Source of the DNA: Eledone cirrhosa
Taxonomy: Eukaryota
Reading direction: 5' to 3'
DNA length: 64,000 bases
Assembly (NCBI GenBank): GCA_964016885.1
Contig: OZ024741.1
Coordinates: 375,720,001-375,784,000 of the forward strand
Part shown: positions 1 through 13,900 of the stretch, one piece after another
Layout: the number at the start of each line of letters is the position of its first letter
How positions within the stretch are numbered: position 1 is the stretch's first letter
The notes under the pieces: generated by a model
The model's database searches: none
Told to the model about the DNA's origin: nothing
Seen by the model: only the letters and a program-made list of their open reading frames with translations
Translations under genes and position numbers: made by a program

Positions 1-344
1 AGCTACTGAGGGTATGTATGCAAAATGTAAATGGAAACAACACAGGACGACGAAGAAATATATTAAATTAATGCTTGATATAGTAGGAAAAGAGTCTTTA
101 TGTTTCGGACACTAGTCTTTCATCATCAGTGGATAGAATGAGAAATAAAAGATGAAGTAGAAAGATAGGGAGTGAAAAGAAGAAGTACCGGAAAAATCTT
201 TTTGAGAAAAGGCATGTGTGTATTCAGTCAGCCATTTTGATATTGCTAGTCTATATATACATTTCTGTGATTCTGTCACAACACAAAGAGAGAGAAGTAG
301 TTTGACTACCTCTTACTACTCCTCTCTCTTTACGTATGCTGCCT

Positions 345-590
345 GCATGAATGTATGTGTGTGTAAAAGGAAGGAATGGGATGGTGAAAAACTACACTTT
401 GTGTGAGTGTATGTGCGTGTTTGTGTAAATGTATGTGTGCATGTTTGTGTGAATGTATGTGTGTGTTTGTATGAATGTATGTGTGTTTGTGTAAATGTAT
501 GTGTGTGTTTGTGTAAATGTATGTGTGTGTGTTTGTGTGAATGTATGTGTGTGTTCGTGTGAATGCATGTCTGTGAGTATGGACTGTGAT
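345..590 (+). repeat. Degenerate (TG)n/TGTA microsatellite (also at +4661 and +9322)
   Basis: Read directly. Confidence 0.9.
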
Positions 591-1599
591 GTGTGGTTAG
601 AGCAAGAAGTGTTGAAAACTAAGTTTGTCAGTTTACAAATCTATAAGTTGAAATTATTTTATTGGGAAAAATGGGGAAATAACTAGTAGAAAGGGGCACA
701 CATCGTAGGGTTGTTTACTAAAAAAAAAGCCACAATAAATAATGTAGTCTTAGATAACTCTAAAATGAAGGTATGGTCATGGCTGGAATGCTTTTGATCA
801 TAGTTTTTTTCTAAATGAGAATTAACCTAGGGTTAAATAACTACAAGGTCAGTGAACTGGTAGAGTCGTTAGAGTGTCATAGAGAATGCAATGTGGTATT
901 CGTTTAGGCTCTCTGCTTTCTAAGTTCAAATCCTCCCAAGGTGAACTTTACTTTTCATCAATTTGAGGATGAAAAAAGAATCAGTCTCATACTGGGGTCA
1001 ATTCTTCCCCTATAACTCTTTTTCATTTCCTCTCTCTCTCTTCTCTGTAAGTAATCTGCTGCATTTAGACCTGGAGAGGCATGGCCTCCACCAGGTTTAA
1101 ACATGCCCTAGAAACGCTGTATGTCAATATGGCACCTTCTGCCACTCCAACAGGAGTTACAGTACCATGCACGCATGCAAATAACTGCAAGGTTGAAAGT
1201 ATTTGGTTGTTATTTCTGTGTAGGTTTACTTTGTTACTTTGTTAACTCATGTGATTTGAGGGAATTTAGCTGCTATTACTTGTAAGTCAATTTACCATAG
1301 AGAAGATCCCATACTGATTCATCTGTGTCTAGAGTTTAGTGGCTGGGTGGATTAGAGTATTGATGTTACTAGAAATAGCAGCCAAACCTCTTTCAAATCA
1401 CACTATACTGTCTTAAATAAAGACATGATCTTGTTGAGGATGTTGTTGTTATTGTCGATGAAGAGGATGTTGTTGTTAAAGAGGATGTTGTTAAGTAATA
1501 TTCTACTGCTGTTTATATTGTTTGCTGCTCATGTTGTTGATATTGTTTTTGTAATTAATGTTATTGTTGGTGTTGTTTTTGTTGTTGTTGATGTTATTA

Positions 1600-3857
1600 G
1601 TGTTGGTGGTGATAGGAATAGTGAAATTGTTGTTGTTGTTGTTGTTGGTGATGGTGATGGTGATGGTGATAGTGAAGTTGTTGTTGTTGTTGTTGTTGTT
1701 GTTGATGGTGATAGTGATAGTGAAGTTGTTGTTATTGTTGATGGTGATGGTGATAGTGAAGTTGTTGTTGTTGTTGTTATTGTTGATGGTGATGGTGATA
1801 GTGAAGTTGTTGTTGTTGTTATTGTTGATGGTGATGGTGACAGTGAAGTTGTTGGTGTTGCTATTGTTGATGGTGATGGTGATAGCGAAGTTGTTGTTGT
1901 TGTTGATGGTGATGGTGATAGTGAAGTTGTTGGTGTTGTTATTGTTGATGGTGATGGTGATAGTGAAGTTGTTGTTGTTGTTATTATTGATGGTGATGGT
2001 GATAGTGAAGTTGTTGGTGTTGTTGTTATTGTTGATGGTGATGGTGATACTGAAGTTGTTGGTGCTGTTATTGTTGATGGTGATGGTGATAGTGAAGTTG
2101 TTGGTGTTGTTATTGTTGATGGTGATGGTGATAGTGAGGTTGTTGGTGTTGTTATTGTTGATGGTGATGGTTATAGTGAAGTTGTTGTTGTTGTTATTAT
2201 TGATGGTGATGGTGATAGTGAAGTTCTTGGTGTTGTTGTTATTGTTGATGGGGATGGTGATAGTGAAGTTGTTGGTGTTGTTATTGTTGATGGTGATGGT
2301 GATAGTGAAGTTGTTGGTGTTGTTATTGTTGATGGTGATGGTGATAGTGAAGTTGTTATTATTATTGATGGTGATGGTGATAGTGAAGTTGTTGGTGTTG
2401 GTATTGTTGATGGTGATGGTGATAGTGAAGTTGTTGTTGTTATTATTGATGGTGATGGAGATAGTGAAGTTGTTGTTGTTGTTGTTATTGTTGATGGTGA
2501 TGGTGATAGTGAAGTTGTTGTTGTTGTTATTGTTGATGGTGATGGTGATAGTGAAGTTGTTGTTGTTATTGTTGATGCTGATGGTGATAGTGAAGTTGTT
2601 GTTGTTATTGTTGATGGTGATGGTGATAGTGAAGTTGTTGTTGGTGTTGTTATTGTTGATGTGATGGTGATAGTGAAGTTGTTGTTGTTATTGTTGATGG
2701 TGATGGTGATGGTGATAGTGAAGTTGTTGTTGTTGTTATTGTTGATGGTGATGGTGATAGTGAAGTTGTTGTTGTTGTTATTGTTGATGGTGATGGTGAT
2801 AGTGAAGTTGTTGTTGGTGTTGTTGTTGATGGTGATGGTGATAGAGAAGTTGTTGTTGTTGTTATTGTTGATGGTAATGGTGATAGTGAAGTTGTTGTTG
2901 TTATTGTTGATGGTGATGGTGATAGTGAAGTTGTTGTTGTTATTGTTGATGGTGATGGTGATAGTGAAGTTGTTGGTGTTGTTGTTGATGGTGATGGTGA
3001 TAGTGAAGTTGTTGTTGTTGTTATTGTTGATGGTGATGGTGATAGTGAAGTTGTTGGTGTTGTTATTGTTGATGGTGATGGTGATAGTGAAGTTGTTGTT
3101 GTTGTTATTGTTGATGGTGATGGTGATAGTGAAGTTGTTGTTGTTGTTATTATTGATGGTGATGGTGATAGTGAAGTTCTTGGTGTTGTTGTTATTGTTG
3201 ATGGTGATGGTGATAGTGAAGTTGTTGTTGTTATTGTTGATGGTGATGGTGATAGTGAAGTTGTTGTTGTTGTTGTTATTGTTGATGGTGATGGTGATAG
3301 TGAAGTTGATGTTGTTGTTGTTATTGTTGATGGTGATGGTGATAGTGAAGTTGTTGTTGTTGTTGTTGTTGATGGTGATGGTGATAGTGAATTTGTTGTT
3401 GTTGTTATTGTTGATGGTGATAGTGATAATGAAGTTGTTGTTGGTGTTGTTATTGTTGATGGTGATGGTGGTAGTGAAGTTGTTGTTGTTGTTGATGGTG
3501 ATGGTGATAGTGAAGTTGTTGTTGTTGTTGTTGTTGATGGTGATGGTGATAGTCAAGTTGTTGGTGTTGTTGTTGTTGTTGGTGATGGTGATAGTGAACT
3601 TGTTGTTGTTGTCATTGTTGATGGTGGTGCTGATAGTGAAGTTGTTGGTGTTGTTGTTGTTGTTGGTGATGGTGATAGTCAAGTTGTTGTTGTTGTTGTT
3701 GTTGGTGGTGATGGTGATAGTGAAGTTGTTGTTGTTGTCATTGTTGATGGTGGTGCTGATAGTGAAGTTGTTGGTGTTGTTGTTGTTGTTGGTGATGGTG
3801 ATAGTCAAGTTGTTGTTGTTGTTGTTGTTGGTGGTGATGGTGATAGTGAAGTTGTTG
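1600..3857 (+). repeat. Triplet-built minisatellite GATGGTGATGGTGATAGTGAA(GTT)nATTGTT, copy 1
   Basis: Read directly; units about 27-45 bp. Confidence 0.97.
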
Positions 3858-4109
3858 AGACACTGCATCCTTTAAAACCTCCATGCTTCCCGAGATTCGC
3901 CAACACTACACCTAATGTTCCCCCTCCATACACATACACACATGTATATCATGACTCATACACTATTCACTTCCCTGACATTTGTATATTATTCTATGTA
4001 CTATACATGCACCTTTGACGAGTTGTAGTGCACCTGAGCTCTTTACACAATACTTTCATTATTATTATTATTATAAGAACAAGTATAATTTAAAACAAGT
4101 AAATCTTAC

Positions 4110-4337
4110 AGAGGCAGAAATTTATAACCAATGCAGATATTTTCCCTGTAAGGTATATTTTCTGGAAATGCAAACGACGAATTTTTTTTTGGCGGGGGCG
4201 TTGAAGTAAATATTTCATTAGACAATATTTTTCTTTTCTGTTTATTTTGAAGTAGATTATTCATTAAATCAGTAAGTATTCCCTCTGCCCGCTCATTTCT
4301 CCTGTTCAATATATCCATCAATTATTTAATTTTTTGT
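4110..4337 (-). pseudogene. Exon-like cassette in the duplicated unit (228 nt, phase 2/2, in-frame TAA near 5' end), product unknown
   Basis: Acceptor tttatgattttacag, donor CT|gtaaga; reads QKIK*LMDILNRRNERAEG...GYKFLP. Confidence 0.4.
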
Positions 4338-6260
4338 CTGTAAAATCATAAACATTTGAAATAAAATCAATTCAATCTCATTGGTTGCCTTGTTTTTATT
4401 CTTTTTACTGTTGACTGACAGAATTGTTAGAAAACTGGACAAAATGCTTTGTGCTATTTGTTCAGGGTCTTTTATGTTCCCAGTTCAACCCTTTCACCTT
4501 CTCAGTGTCTATAAAATAAAGTGCCTACCAAGCTAAAACGTGTCTGCCTCAAACAGAAACTTACCAGACCAGTTCTTATCCTGGATTCATTGGCATTCAG
4601 TGAGTGAGAGTGAAAGATGTCACCCTAGATGAGATGCCAGTCCATCACAGAGTTAATGCGCAGCTACTGAGGGTATGTATGCAAAATGTAAATGGAAACA
4701 ACACAGGACGACGAAGAAATATATTAAATTAATGCTTGATATAGTAGGAAAAGAGTCTTTATGTTTCGGACACTAGTCTTTCATCATCAGTGGATAGAAT
4801 GAGAAATAAAAGATGAAGTAGAAAGATAGGGAGTGAAAAGAAGAAGTACCGGAAAAATCTTTTTGAGAAAAGGCATGTGTGTATTCAGTCAGCCATTTTG
4901 ATATTGCTAGTCTATATATACATTTCTGTGATTCTGTCACAACACAAAGAGAGAGAAGTAGTTTGACTACCTCTTACTACTCCTCTCTCTTTACGTATGC
5001 TGCCTGCATGAATGTATGTGTGTGTAAAAGGAAGGAATGGGATGGTGAAAAACTACACTTTGTGTGAGTGTATGTGCGTGTTTGTGTAAATGTATGTGTG
5101 CATGTTTGTGTGAATGTATGTGTGTGTTTGTATGAATGTATGTGTGTTTGTGTAAATGTATGTGTGTGTTTGTGTAAATGTATGTGTGTGTGTTTGTGTG
5201 AATGTATGTGTGTGTTCGTGTGAATGCATGTCTGTGAGTATGGACTGTGATGTGTGGTTAGAGCAAGAAGTGTTGAAAACTAAGTTTGTCAGTTTACAAA
5301 TCTATAAGTTGAAATTATTTTATTGGGAAAAATGGGGAAATAACTAGTAGAAAGGGGCACACATTGTAGGGTTGTTTACTAAAAAAAAAGCCACAATAAA
5401 TAATGTAGTCTTAGATAACTCTAAAATGAAGGTATGGTCATGGCTGGAATGCTTTTGATCATAGTTTTTTTCTAAATGAGAATTAACCTAGGGTTAAATA
5501 ACTACAAGGTCAGTGAACTGGTAGAGTCGTTAGAGTGTCATAGAGAATGCAATGTGGTATTCGTTTAGGCTCTCTGCTTTCTAAGTTCAAATCCTCCCAA
5601 GGTGAACTTTACTTTTCATCAATTTGAGGATGAAAAAAGAATCAGTCTCATACTGGGGTCAATTCTTCCCCTATAACTCTTTTTCATTTCCTCTCTCTCT
5701 CTTCTCTGTAAGTAATCTGCTGCATTTAGACCTGGAGAGGCATGGCCTCCACCAGGTTTAAACATGCCCTAGAAACGCTGTATGTCAATATGGCACCTTC
5801 TGCCACTCCAACAGGAGTTACAGTACCATGCACGCATGCAAATAACTGCAAGGTTGAAAGTATTTGGTTGTTATTTCTGTGTAGGTTTACTTTGTTACTT
5901 TGTTAACTCATGTGATTTGAGGGAATTTAGCTGCTATTACTTGTAAGTCAATTTACCATAGAGAAGATCCCATACTGATTCATCTGTGTCTAGAGTTTAG
6001 TGGCTGGGTGGATTAGAGTATTGATGTTACTAGAAATAGCAGCCAAACCTCTTTCAAATCACACTATACTGTCTTAAATAAAGACATGATCTTGTTGAGG
6101 ATGTTGTTGTTATTGTCGATGAAGAGGATGTTGTTGTTAAAGAGGATGTTGTTAAGTAATATTCTACTGCTGTTTATATTGTTTGCTGCTCATGTTGTTG
6201 ATATTGTTTTTGTAATTAATGTTATTGTTGGTGTTGTTTTTGTTGTTGTTGATGTTATTA

Positions 6261-8518
6261 GTGTTGGTGGTGATAGGAATAGTGAAATTGTTGTTGTTGT
6301 TGTTGTTGGTGATGGTGATGGTGATGGTGATAGTGAAGTTGTTGTTGTTGTTGTTGTTGTTGTTGATGGTGATAGTGATAGTGAAGTTGTTGTTATTGTT
6401 GATGGTGATGGTGATAGTGAAGTTGTTGTTGTTGTTGTTATTGTTGATGGTGATGGTGATAGTGAAGTTGTTGTTGTTGTTATTGTTGATGGTGATGGTG
6501 ACAGTGAAGTTGTTGGTGTTGCTATTGTTGATGGTGATGGTGATAGCGAAGTTGTTGTTGTTGTTGATGGTGATGGTGATAGTGAAGTTGTTGGTGTTGT
6601 TATTGTTGATGGTGATGGTGATAGTGAAGTTGTTGTTGTTGTTATTATTGATGGTGATGGTGATAGTGAAGTTGTTGGTGTTGTTGTTATTGTTGATGGT
6701 GATGGTGATACTGAAGTTGTTGGTGCTGTTATTGTTGATGGTGATGGTGATAGTGAAGTTGTTGGTGTTGTTATTGTTGATGGTGATGGTGATAGTGAGG
6801 TTGTTGGTGTTGTTATTGTTGATGGTGATGGTTATAGTGAAGTTGTTGTTGTTGTTATTATTGATGGTGATGGTGATAGTGAAGTTCTTGGTGTTGTTGT
6901 TATTGTTGATGGGGATGGTGATAGTGAAGTTGTTGGTGTTGTTATTGTTGATGGTGATGGTGATAGTGAAGTTGTTGGTGTTGTTATTGTTGATGGTGAT
7001 GGTGATAGTGAAGTTGTTATTATTATTGATGGTGATGGTGATAGTGAAGTTGTTGGTGTTGGTATTGTTGATGGTGATGGTGATAGTGAAGTTGTTGTTG
7101 TTATTATTGATGGTGATGGAGATAGTGAAGTTGTTGTTGTTGTTGTTATTGTTGATGGTGATGGTGATAGTGAAGTTGTTGTTGTTGTTATTGTTGATGG
7201 TGATGGTGATAGTGAAGTTGTTGTTGTTATTGTTGATGCTGATGGTGATAGTGAAGTTGTTGGTGTTGTTGTTGATAGTGATGGTGATAGTGAAGTTGTT
7301 GTTGGTGTTGTTATTGTTGATGTGATGGTGATAGTGAAGTTGTTGTTGTTATTGTTGATGGTGATGGTGATGGTGATAGTGAAGTTGTTGTTGTTGTTAT
7401 TGTTGATGGTGATGGTGATAGTGAAGTTGTTGTTGTTGTTATTGTTGATGGTGATGGTGATAGTGAAGTTGTTGTTGGTGTTGTTGTTGATGGTGATGGT
7501 GATAGAGAAGTTGTTGTTGTTGTTATTGTTGATGGTAATGGTGATAGTGAAGTTGTTGTTGTTATTGTTGATGGTGATGGTGATAGTGAAGTTGTTGTTG
7601 TTATTGTTGATGGTGATGGTGATAGTGAAGTTGTTGGTGTTGTTGTTGATGGTGATGGTGATAGTGAAGTTGTTGTTGTTGTTATTGTTGATGGTGATGG
7701 TGATAGTGAAGTTGTTGGTGTTGTTATTGTTGATGGTGATGGTGATAGTGAAGTTGTTGTTGTTGTTATTGTTGATGGTGATGGTGATAGTGAAGTTGTT
7801 GTTGTTGTTATTATTGATGGTGATGGTGATAGTGAAGTTCTTGGTGTTGTTGTTATTGTTGATGGTGATGGTGATAGTGAAGTTGTTGTTGTTATTGTTG
7901 ATGGTGATGGTGATAGTGAAGTTGTTGTTGTTGTTGTTATTGTTGATGGTGATGGTGATAGTGAAGTTGATGTTGTTGTTGTTATTGTTGATGGTGATGG
8001 TGATAGTGAAGTTGTTGTTGTTGTTGTTGTTGATGGTGATGGTGGTAGTGAAGTTGTTGTTGTTGTTATTGTTGATGGTGATAGTGATAATGAAGTTGTT
8101 GTTGGTGTTGTTATTGTTGATGGTGATGGTGGTAGTGAAGTTGTTGTTGTTGTTGATGGTGATGGTGATAGTGAAGTTGTTGTTGTTGTTGTTGTTGATG
8201 GTGATGGTGATAGTCAAGTTGTTGGTGTTGTTGTTGTTGTTGGTGATGGTGATAGTGAACTTGTTGTTGTTGTCATTGTTGATGGTGGTGCTGATAGTGA
8301 AGTTGTTGGTGTTGTTGTTGTTGTTGGTGATGGTGATAGTCAAGTTGTTGTTGTTGTTGTTGTTGGTGGTGATGGTGATAGTGAAGTTGTTGTTGTTGTC
8401 ATTGTTGATGGTGGTGCTGATAGTGAAGTTGTTGGTGTTGTTGTTGTTGTTGGTGATGGTGATAGTCAAGTTGTTGTTGTTGTTGTTGTTGGTGGTGATG
8501 GTGATAGTGAAGTTGTTG
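6261..8518 (+). repeat. Same minisatellite, copy 2
   Basis: Near-identical to 1600-3857 at offset 4661. Confidence 0.97.
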
Positions 8519-8770
8519 AGACACTGCATCCTTTAAAACCTCCATGCTTCCCGAGATTCGCCAACACTACACCTAATGTTCCCCCTCCATACACATACAC
8601 ACATGTATATCATGACTCATACACTATTCACTTCCCTGACATTTGTATATTATTCTATGTACTATACATGCACCTTTGACGAGTTGTAGTGCACCTGAGC
8701 TCTTTACACAATACTTTCATTATTATTATTATTATAAGAACAAGTATAATTTAAAACAAGTAAATCTTAC

Positions 8771-8998
8771 AGAGGCAGAAATTTATAACCAATGCAGATA
8801 TTTTCCCTGTAAGGTATATTTTCTGGAAATGCAAACGACGAATTTTTTTTTGGCGGGGGCGTTGAAGTAAATATTTCATTAGACAATATTTTTCTTTTCT
8901 GTTTATTTTGAAGTAGATTATTCATTAAATCAGTAAGTATTCCCTCTGCCCGCTCATTTCTCCTGTTCAATATATCCATCAATTATTTAATTTTTTGT
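8771..8998 (-). pseudogene. Second identical copy of the 228-nt exon-like cassette
   Basis: Same sequence at +4661. Confidence 0.4.
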
Positions 8999-10921
8999 CT
9001 GTAAAATCATAAACATTTGAAATAAAATCAATTCAATCTCATTGGTTGCCTTGTTTTTATTCTTTTTACTGTTGACTGACAGAATTGTTAGAAAACTGGA
9101 CAAAATGCTTTGTGCTATTTGTTCAGGGTCTTTTATGTTCCCAGTTCAACCCTTTCACCTTCTCAGTGTCTATAAAATAAAGTGCCTACCAAGCTAAAAC
9201 GTGTCTGCCTCAAACAGAAACTTACCAGACCAGTTCTTATCCTGGATTCATTGGCATTCAGTGAGTGAGAGTGAAAGATGTCACCCTAGATGAGATGCCA
9301 GTCCATCACAGAGTTAATGCGCAGCTACTGAGGGTATGTATGCAAAATGTAAATGGAAACAACACAGGACGACGAAGAAATATATTAAATTAATGCTTGA
9401 TATAGTAGGAAAAGAGTCTTTATGTTTCGGACACTAGTCTTTCATCATCAGTGGATAGAATGAGAAATAAAAGATGAAGTAGAAAGATAGGGAGTGAAAA
9501 GAAGAAGTACCGGAAAAATCTTTTTGAGAAAAGGCATGTGTGTATTCAGTCAGCCATTTTGATATTGCTAGTCTATATATACATTTCTGTGATTCTGTCA
9601 CAACACAAAGAGAGAGAAGTAGTTTGACTACCTCTTACTACTCCTCTCTCTTTACGTATGCTGCCTGCATGAATGTATGTGTGTGTAAAAGGAAGGAATG
9701 GGATGGTGAAAAACTACACTTTGTGTGAGTGTATGTGCGTGTTTGTGTAAATGTATGTGTGCATGTTTGTGTGAATGTATGTGTGTGTTTGTATGAATGT
9801 ATGTGTGTTTGTGTAAATGTATGTGTGTGTTTGTGTAAATGTATGTGTGTGTGTTTGTGTGAATGTATGTGTGTGTTCGTGTGAATGCATGTCTGTGAGT
9901 ATGGACTGTGATGTGTGGTTAGAGCAAGAAGTGTTGAAAACTAAGTTTGTCAGTTTACAAATCTATAAGTTGAAATTATTTTATTGGGAAAAATGGGGAA
10001 ATAACTAGTAGAAAGGGGCACACATTGTAGGGTTGTTTACTAAAAAAAAAGCCACAATAAATAATGTAGTCTTAGATAACTCTAAAATGAAGGTATGGTC
10101 ATGGCTGGAATGCTTTTGATCATAGTTTTTTTCTAAATGAGAATTAACCTAGGGTTAAATAACTACAAGGTCAGTGAACTGGTAGAGTCGTTAGAGTGTC
10201 ATAGAGAATGCAATGTGGTATTCGTTTAGGCTCTATGCTTTCTAAGTTCAAATCCTCCCAAGGTGAACTTTACTTTTCATCAATTTGAGGATGAAAAAAG
10301 AATCAGTCTCATACTGGGGTCAATTCTTCCCCTATAACTCTTTTTCATTTCCTCTCTCTCTCTTCTCTGTAAGTAATCTGCTGCATTTAGACCTGGAGAG
10401 GCATGGCCTCCACCAGGTTTAAACATGCCCTAGAAACGCTGTATGTCAATATGGCACCTTCTGCCACTCCAACAGGAGTTACAGTACCATGCACGCATGC
10501 AAATAACTGCAAGGTTGAAAGTATTTGGTTGTTATTTCTGTGTAGGTTTACTTTGTTACTTTGTTAACTCATGTGATTTGAGGGAATTTAGCTGCTATTA
10601 CTTGTAAGTCAATTTACCATAGAGAAGATCCCATACTGATTCATCTGTGTCTAGAGTTTAGTGGCTGGGTGGATTAGAGTATTGATGTTACTAGAAATAG
10701 CAGCCAAACCTCTTTCAAATCACACTATACTGTCTTAAATAAAGACATGATCTTGTTGAGGATGTTGTTGTTATTGTCGATGAAGAGGATGTTGTTGTTA
10801 AAGAGGATGTTGTTAAGTAATATTCTACTGCTGTTTATATTGTTTGCTGCTCATGTTGTTGATATTGTTTTTGTAATTAATGTTATTGTTGGTGTTGTTT
10901 TTGTTGTTGTTGATGTTATTA

Positions 10922-13900
10922 GTGTTGGTGGTGATAGGAATAGTGAAATTGTTGTTGTTGTTGTTGTTGGTGATGGTGATGGTGATGGTGATAGTGAAGT
11001 TGTTGTTGTTGTTGTTGTTGTTGTTGATGGTGATAGTGATAGTGAAGTTGTTGTTGTTATTGTTGATGGTGATGGTGATAGTGAAGTTGTTGTTGTTGTT
11101 GTTATTGTTGATGGTGATGGTGATAGTGAAGTTGTTGTTGTTGTTATTGTTGATGGTGATGGTGACAGTGAAGTTGTTGGTGTTGCTATTGTTGATGGTG
11201 ATGGTGATAGCGAAGTTGTTGTTGTTGTTGATGGTGATGGTGATAGTGAAGTTGTTGGTGTTGTTATTGTTGATGGTGATGGTGATAGTGAAGTTGTTGT
11301 TGTTGTTATTATTGATGGTGATGGTGATAGTGAAGTTGTTGGTGTTGTTGTTATTGTTGATGGTGATGGTGATACTGAAGTTGTTGGTGCTGTTATTGTT
11401 GATGGTGATGGTGATAGTGAAGTTGTTGGTGTTGCTATTGTTGATGGTGATGGTGATAGTGAAGTTGTTGGTGTTGTTATTGTTGATGGTGATGGTGATA
11501 GTGAAGTTGTTGGTGTTGTTATTGTTGATGGTGATGGTGATAGTGAAGTTGTTATTATTATTGATGGTGATGGTGATAGTGAAGTTGTTGGTGTTGGTAT
11601 TGTTGATGGTGATGGTGATAGTGAAGTTTTTGTTGTTATTATTGTTGATGGTGATGGTGATAGTGAAGTTGTTGTTGTTATTGTTGATGCTGATGGTGAT
11701 AGTGAAGTTGTTGGTGTTGTTGTTGATAGTGATGGTGATGGTGATAGTGAAGTTGTTGTTGTTGTTGTTATTGTTGATGGTGATGGTGATAGTGAAGTTG
11801 TTGTTGTTATTGTTGATGCTGATGGTGATAGTGAAGTTGTTGGTGTTGTTGTTGATAGTGATGGGGATGGAGATAGTGAAGTTGTTGTTGTTGTTGTTGA
11901 TGGTGATGGTGATAGTGAAGTTGTTGTTGTTATTGTTGATGCTGATGGTGATAGTGAAGTTGTTGGTGTTGTTGTTGATAGTGATGGTGATGGTGATAGT
12001 GAAGTTGTTGTTGTTATTGTTGATGGTGATGGTGATAGTGAAGTTGTTGGTGTTGTTATTGTTGATGGTGATGGTGATAGTGAAGTTGTTGGTGTTGTTA
12101 TTGTTGATGTGATGGTGATAGTGAAGTTGTTGTTGTTATTGTTGATGGTGATGGTGATGGTGATAGTGAAGTTGTTGTTGTTATTGTTGATGGTGATGGT
12201 GATAGTGAAGTTGTTGTTGTTGTTGTTATTGTTGATGTGATGGTGATAGTGAAGTTGTTGTTGTTATTGTTGATGCTGATGGTGATGGTGATAGTGAAGT
12301 TGTTGTTGTTGTTATTGTTGATGGTAATGGTGATAGTGAAGTTGTTGTTGTTATTGTTGATGGTGATGGTGATAGTGAAGTTGTTGTTGTTATTGTTGAT
12401 GGTGATGGTGATAGTGAAGTTGTTGTTGTTATTGTTGATGGTGATGGTGATAGTGAAGTTGTTGGTGTTGTTATTGTTGATGGTGATGGTGATAGTGAAG
12501 TTGTTGTTGTTGTTATTGTTGATGGTGATGGTGATAGTGAAGTGGTTGGTGTTGTTATTGTTGATGGTGATGGTGATAGTGAAGTTGTTGTTGTTGTTAT
12601 TGTTGATGGTGATGGTGATAGTGAAGTTGTTGTTGTTGTTATTATTGATGGTGATGGTGATAGTGAAGTTCTTGGTGTTGTTGTTATTGTTGATGGTGAT
12701 GGTGATAGTGAAGTTGTTGGTGCTGTTATTGTTGATGGTGATGGTGATAGTGAAGTTGTTGGTGTTGCTATTGTTGATGGTGATGGTGATAGTGAAGTTG
12801 TTGGTGTTGTTATTGTTGATGGTGATGGTGATAGTGAAGTTGTTGTTGTTGTTATTGTTGATGGTGATGGTGATAGTGAAGTGGTTGGTGTTGTTATTGT
12901 TGATGGTGATGGTGATAGTGAAGTTGTTGTTGTTGTTATTGTTGATGGTGATGGTGATAGTGAAGTTGTTGTTGTTGTTATTATTGATGGTGATGGTGAT
13001 AGTGAAGTTCTTGGTGTTGTTGTTATTGTTGATGGGGATGGTGATAGTGAAGTTGTTGGTGTTGTTATTGTTGATGGTGATGGTGATAGTGAAGTTGTTG
13101 GTGTTGTTATTGTTGATGGTGATGGTGATAGTGAAGTTGTTGTTATTATTGATGGTGATGGTGATAGTGAAGTTGTTGGTGTTGGTATTGTTGATGGTGA
13201 TGGTGATATTGAAGTTGTTGTTGTTATTATTGATGGTGATGGAGATAGTGAAGTTGTTGTTGTTGTTGTTATTGTTGATGCTGATGGTGATAGTGAAGTT
13301 GTTGGTGTTGTTGTTGATAGTGATGGTGATGTTGATAGTGAAGTTGTTGTTGTTATTGTTTATGGTGATGGTGATAGTGAAGTTGTTGTTGGTGTTGTTA
13401 TTGTTGATGTGATGGTGATAGTGAAGTTGTTGTTGTTATTGTTGATGGTGATGGTGATAGTGAAGTTGTTGTTGGTGTTGTTATTGTTGATGGTAATGGT
13501 GATAGTGAAGTTGTTGTTGTTATTGTTGATGGTGATGGTGATGGTGTTAGTGAAGTTGTTGTTGATGTTGATGGTGATAGTGAAGTTGTTGTTGTTGTTA
13601 TTGTTGATGGTGATGGTGATAGTGAAGTTGTTGTTGGTGTTGTTGTTGATGGTGATGGTGATAGAGAAGTTGTTGTTGTTGTTATTGTTGATGGTAATGG
13701 TGATAGTGAAGTTGTTGTTGTTATTGTTGATGGTGATGGTGATAGTGAAGTTGTTGGTGTTGTTGTTGATGGTGATGGTGATAGTGAAGTTGTTGTTGTT
13801 GTTATTGTTGATGGTAATGGTGATAGTGAAGTTGTTGGTGTTGTTATTGTTGATGGTGATGGTGATAGTGAAGTTGTTGTTGGTGTTGTTGTTGATGGTG

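Larger units (their letters stand above)
1..11430. repeat. Tandem segmental duplication, 4,661-bp period, at least 2.4 copies, nearly identical
   Basis: Identical ORFs recur at 218/4879/9540 and 4106/8767; only isolated substitutions seen in the non-satellite parts (e.g. cacatcg vs cacattg, ctctctg vs ctctatg). Confidence 0.97.

Noticed and set aside
1064-1101. Short hairpin tttagacctggagaggc-atg-gcctccaccaggtttaaa
   Set aside because: It is short and imperfect, and recurs only because of the segmental duplication; no function can be supported.
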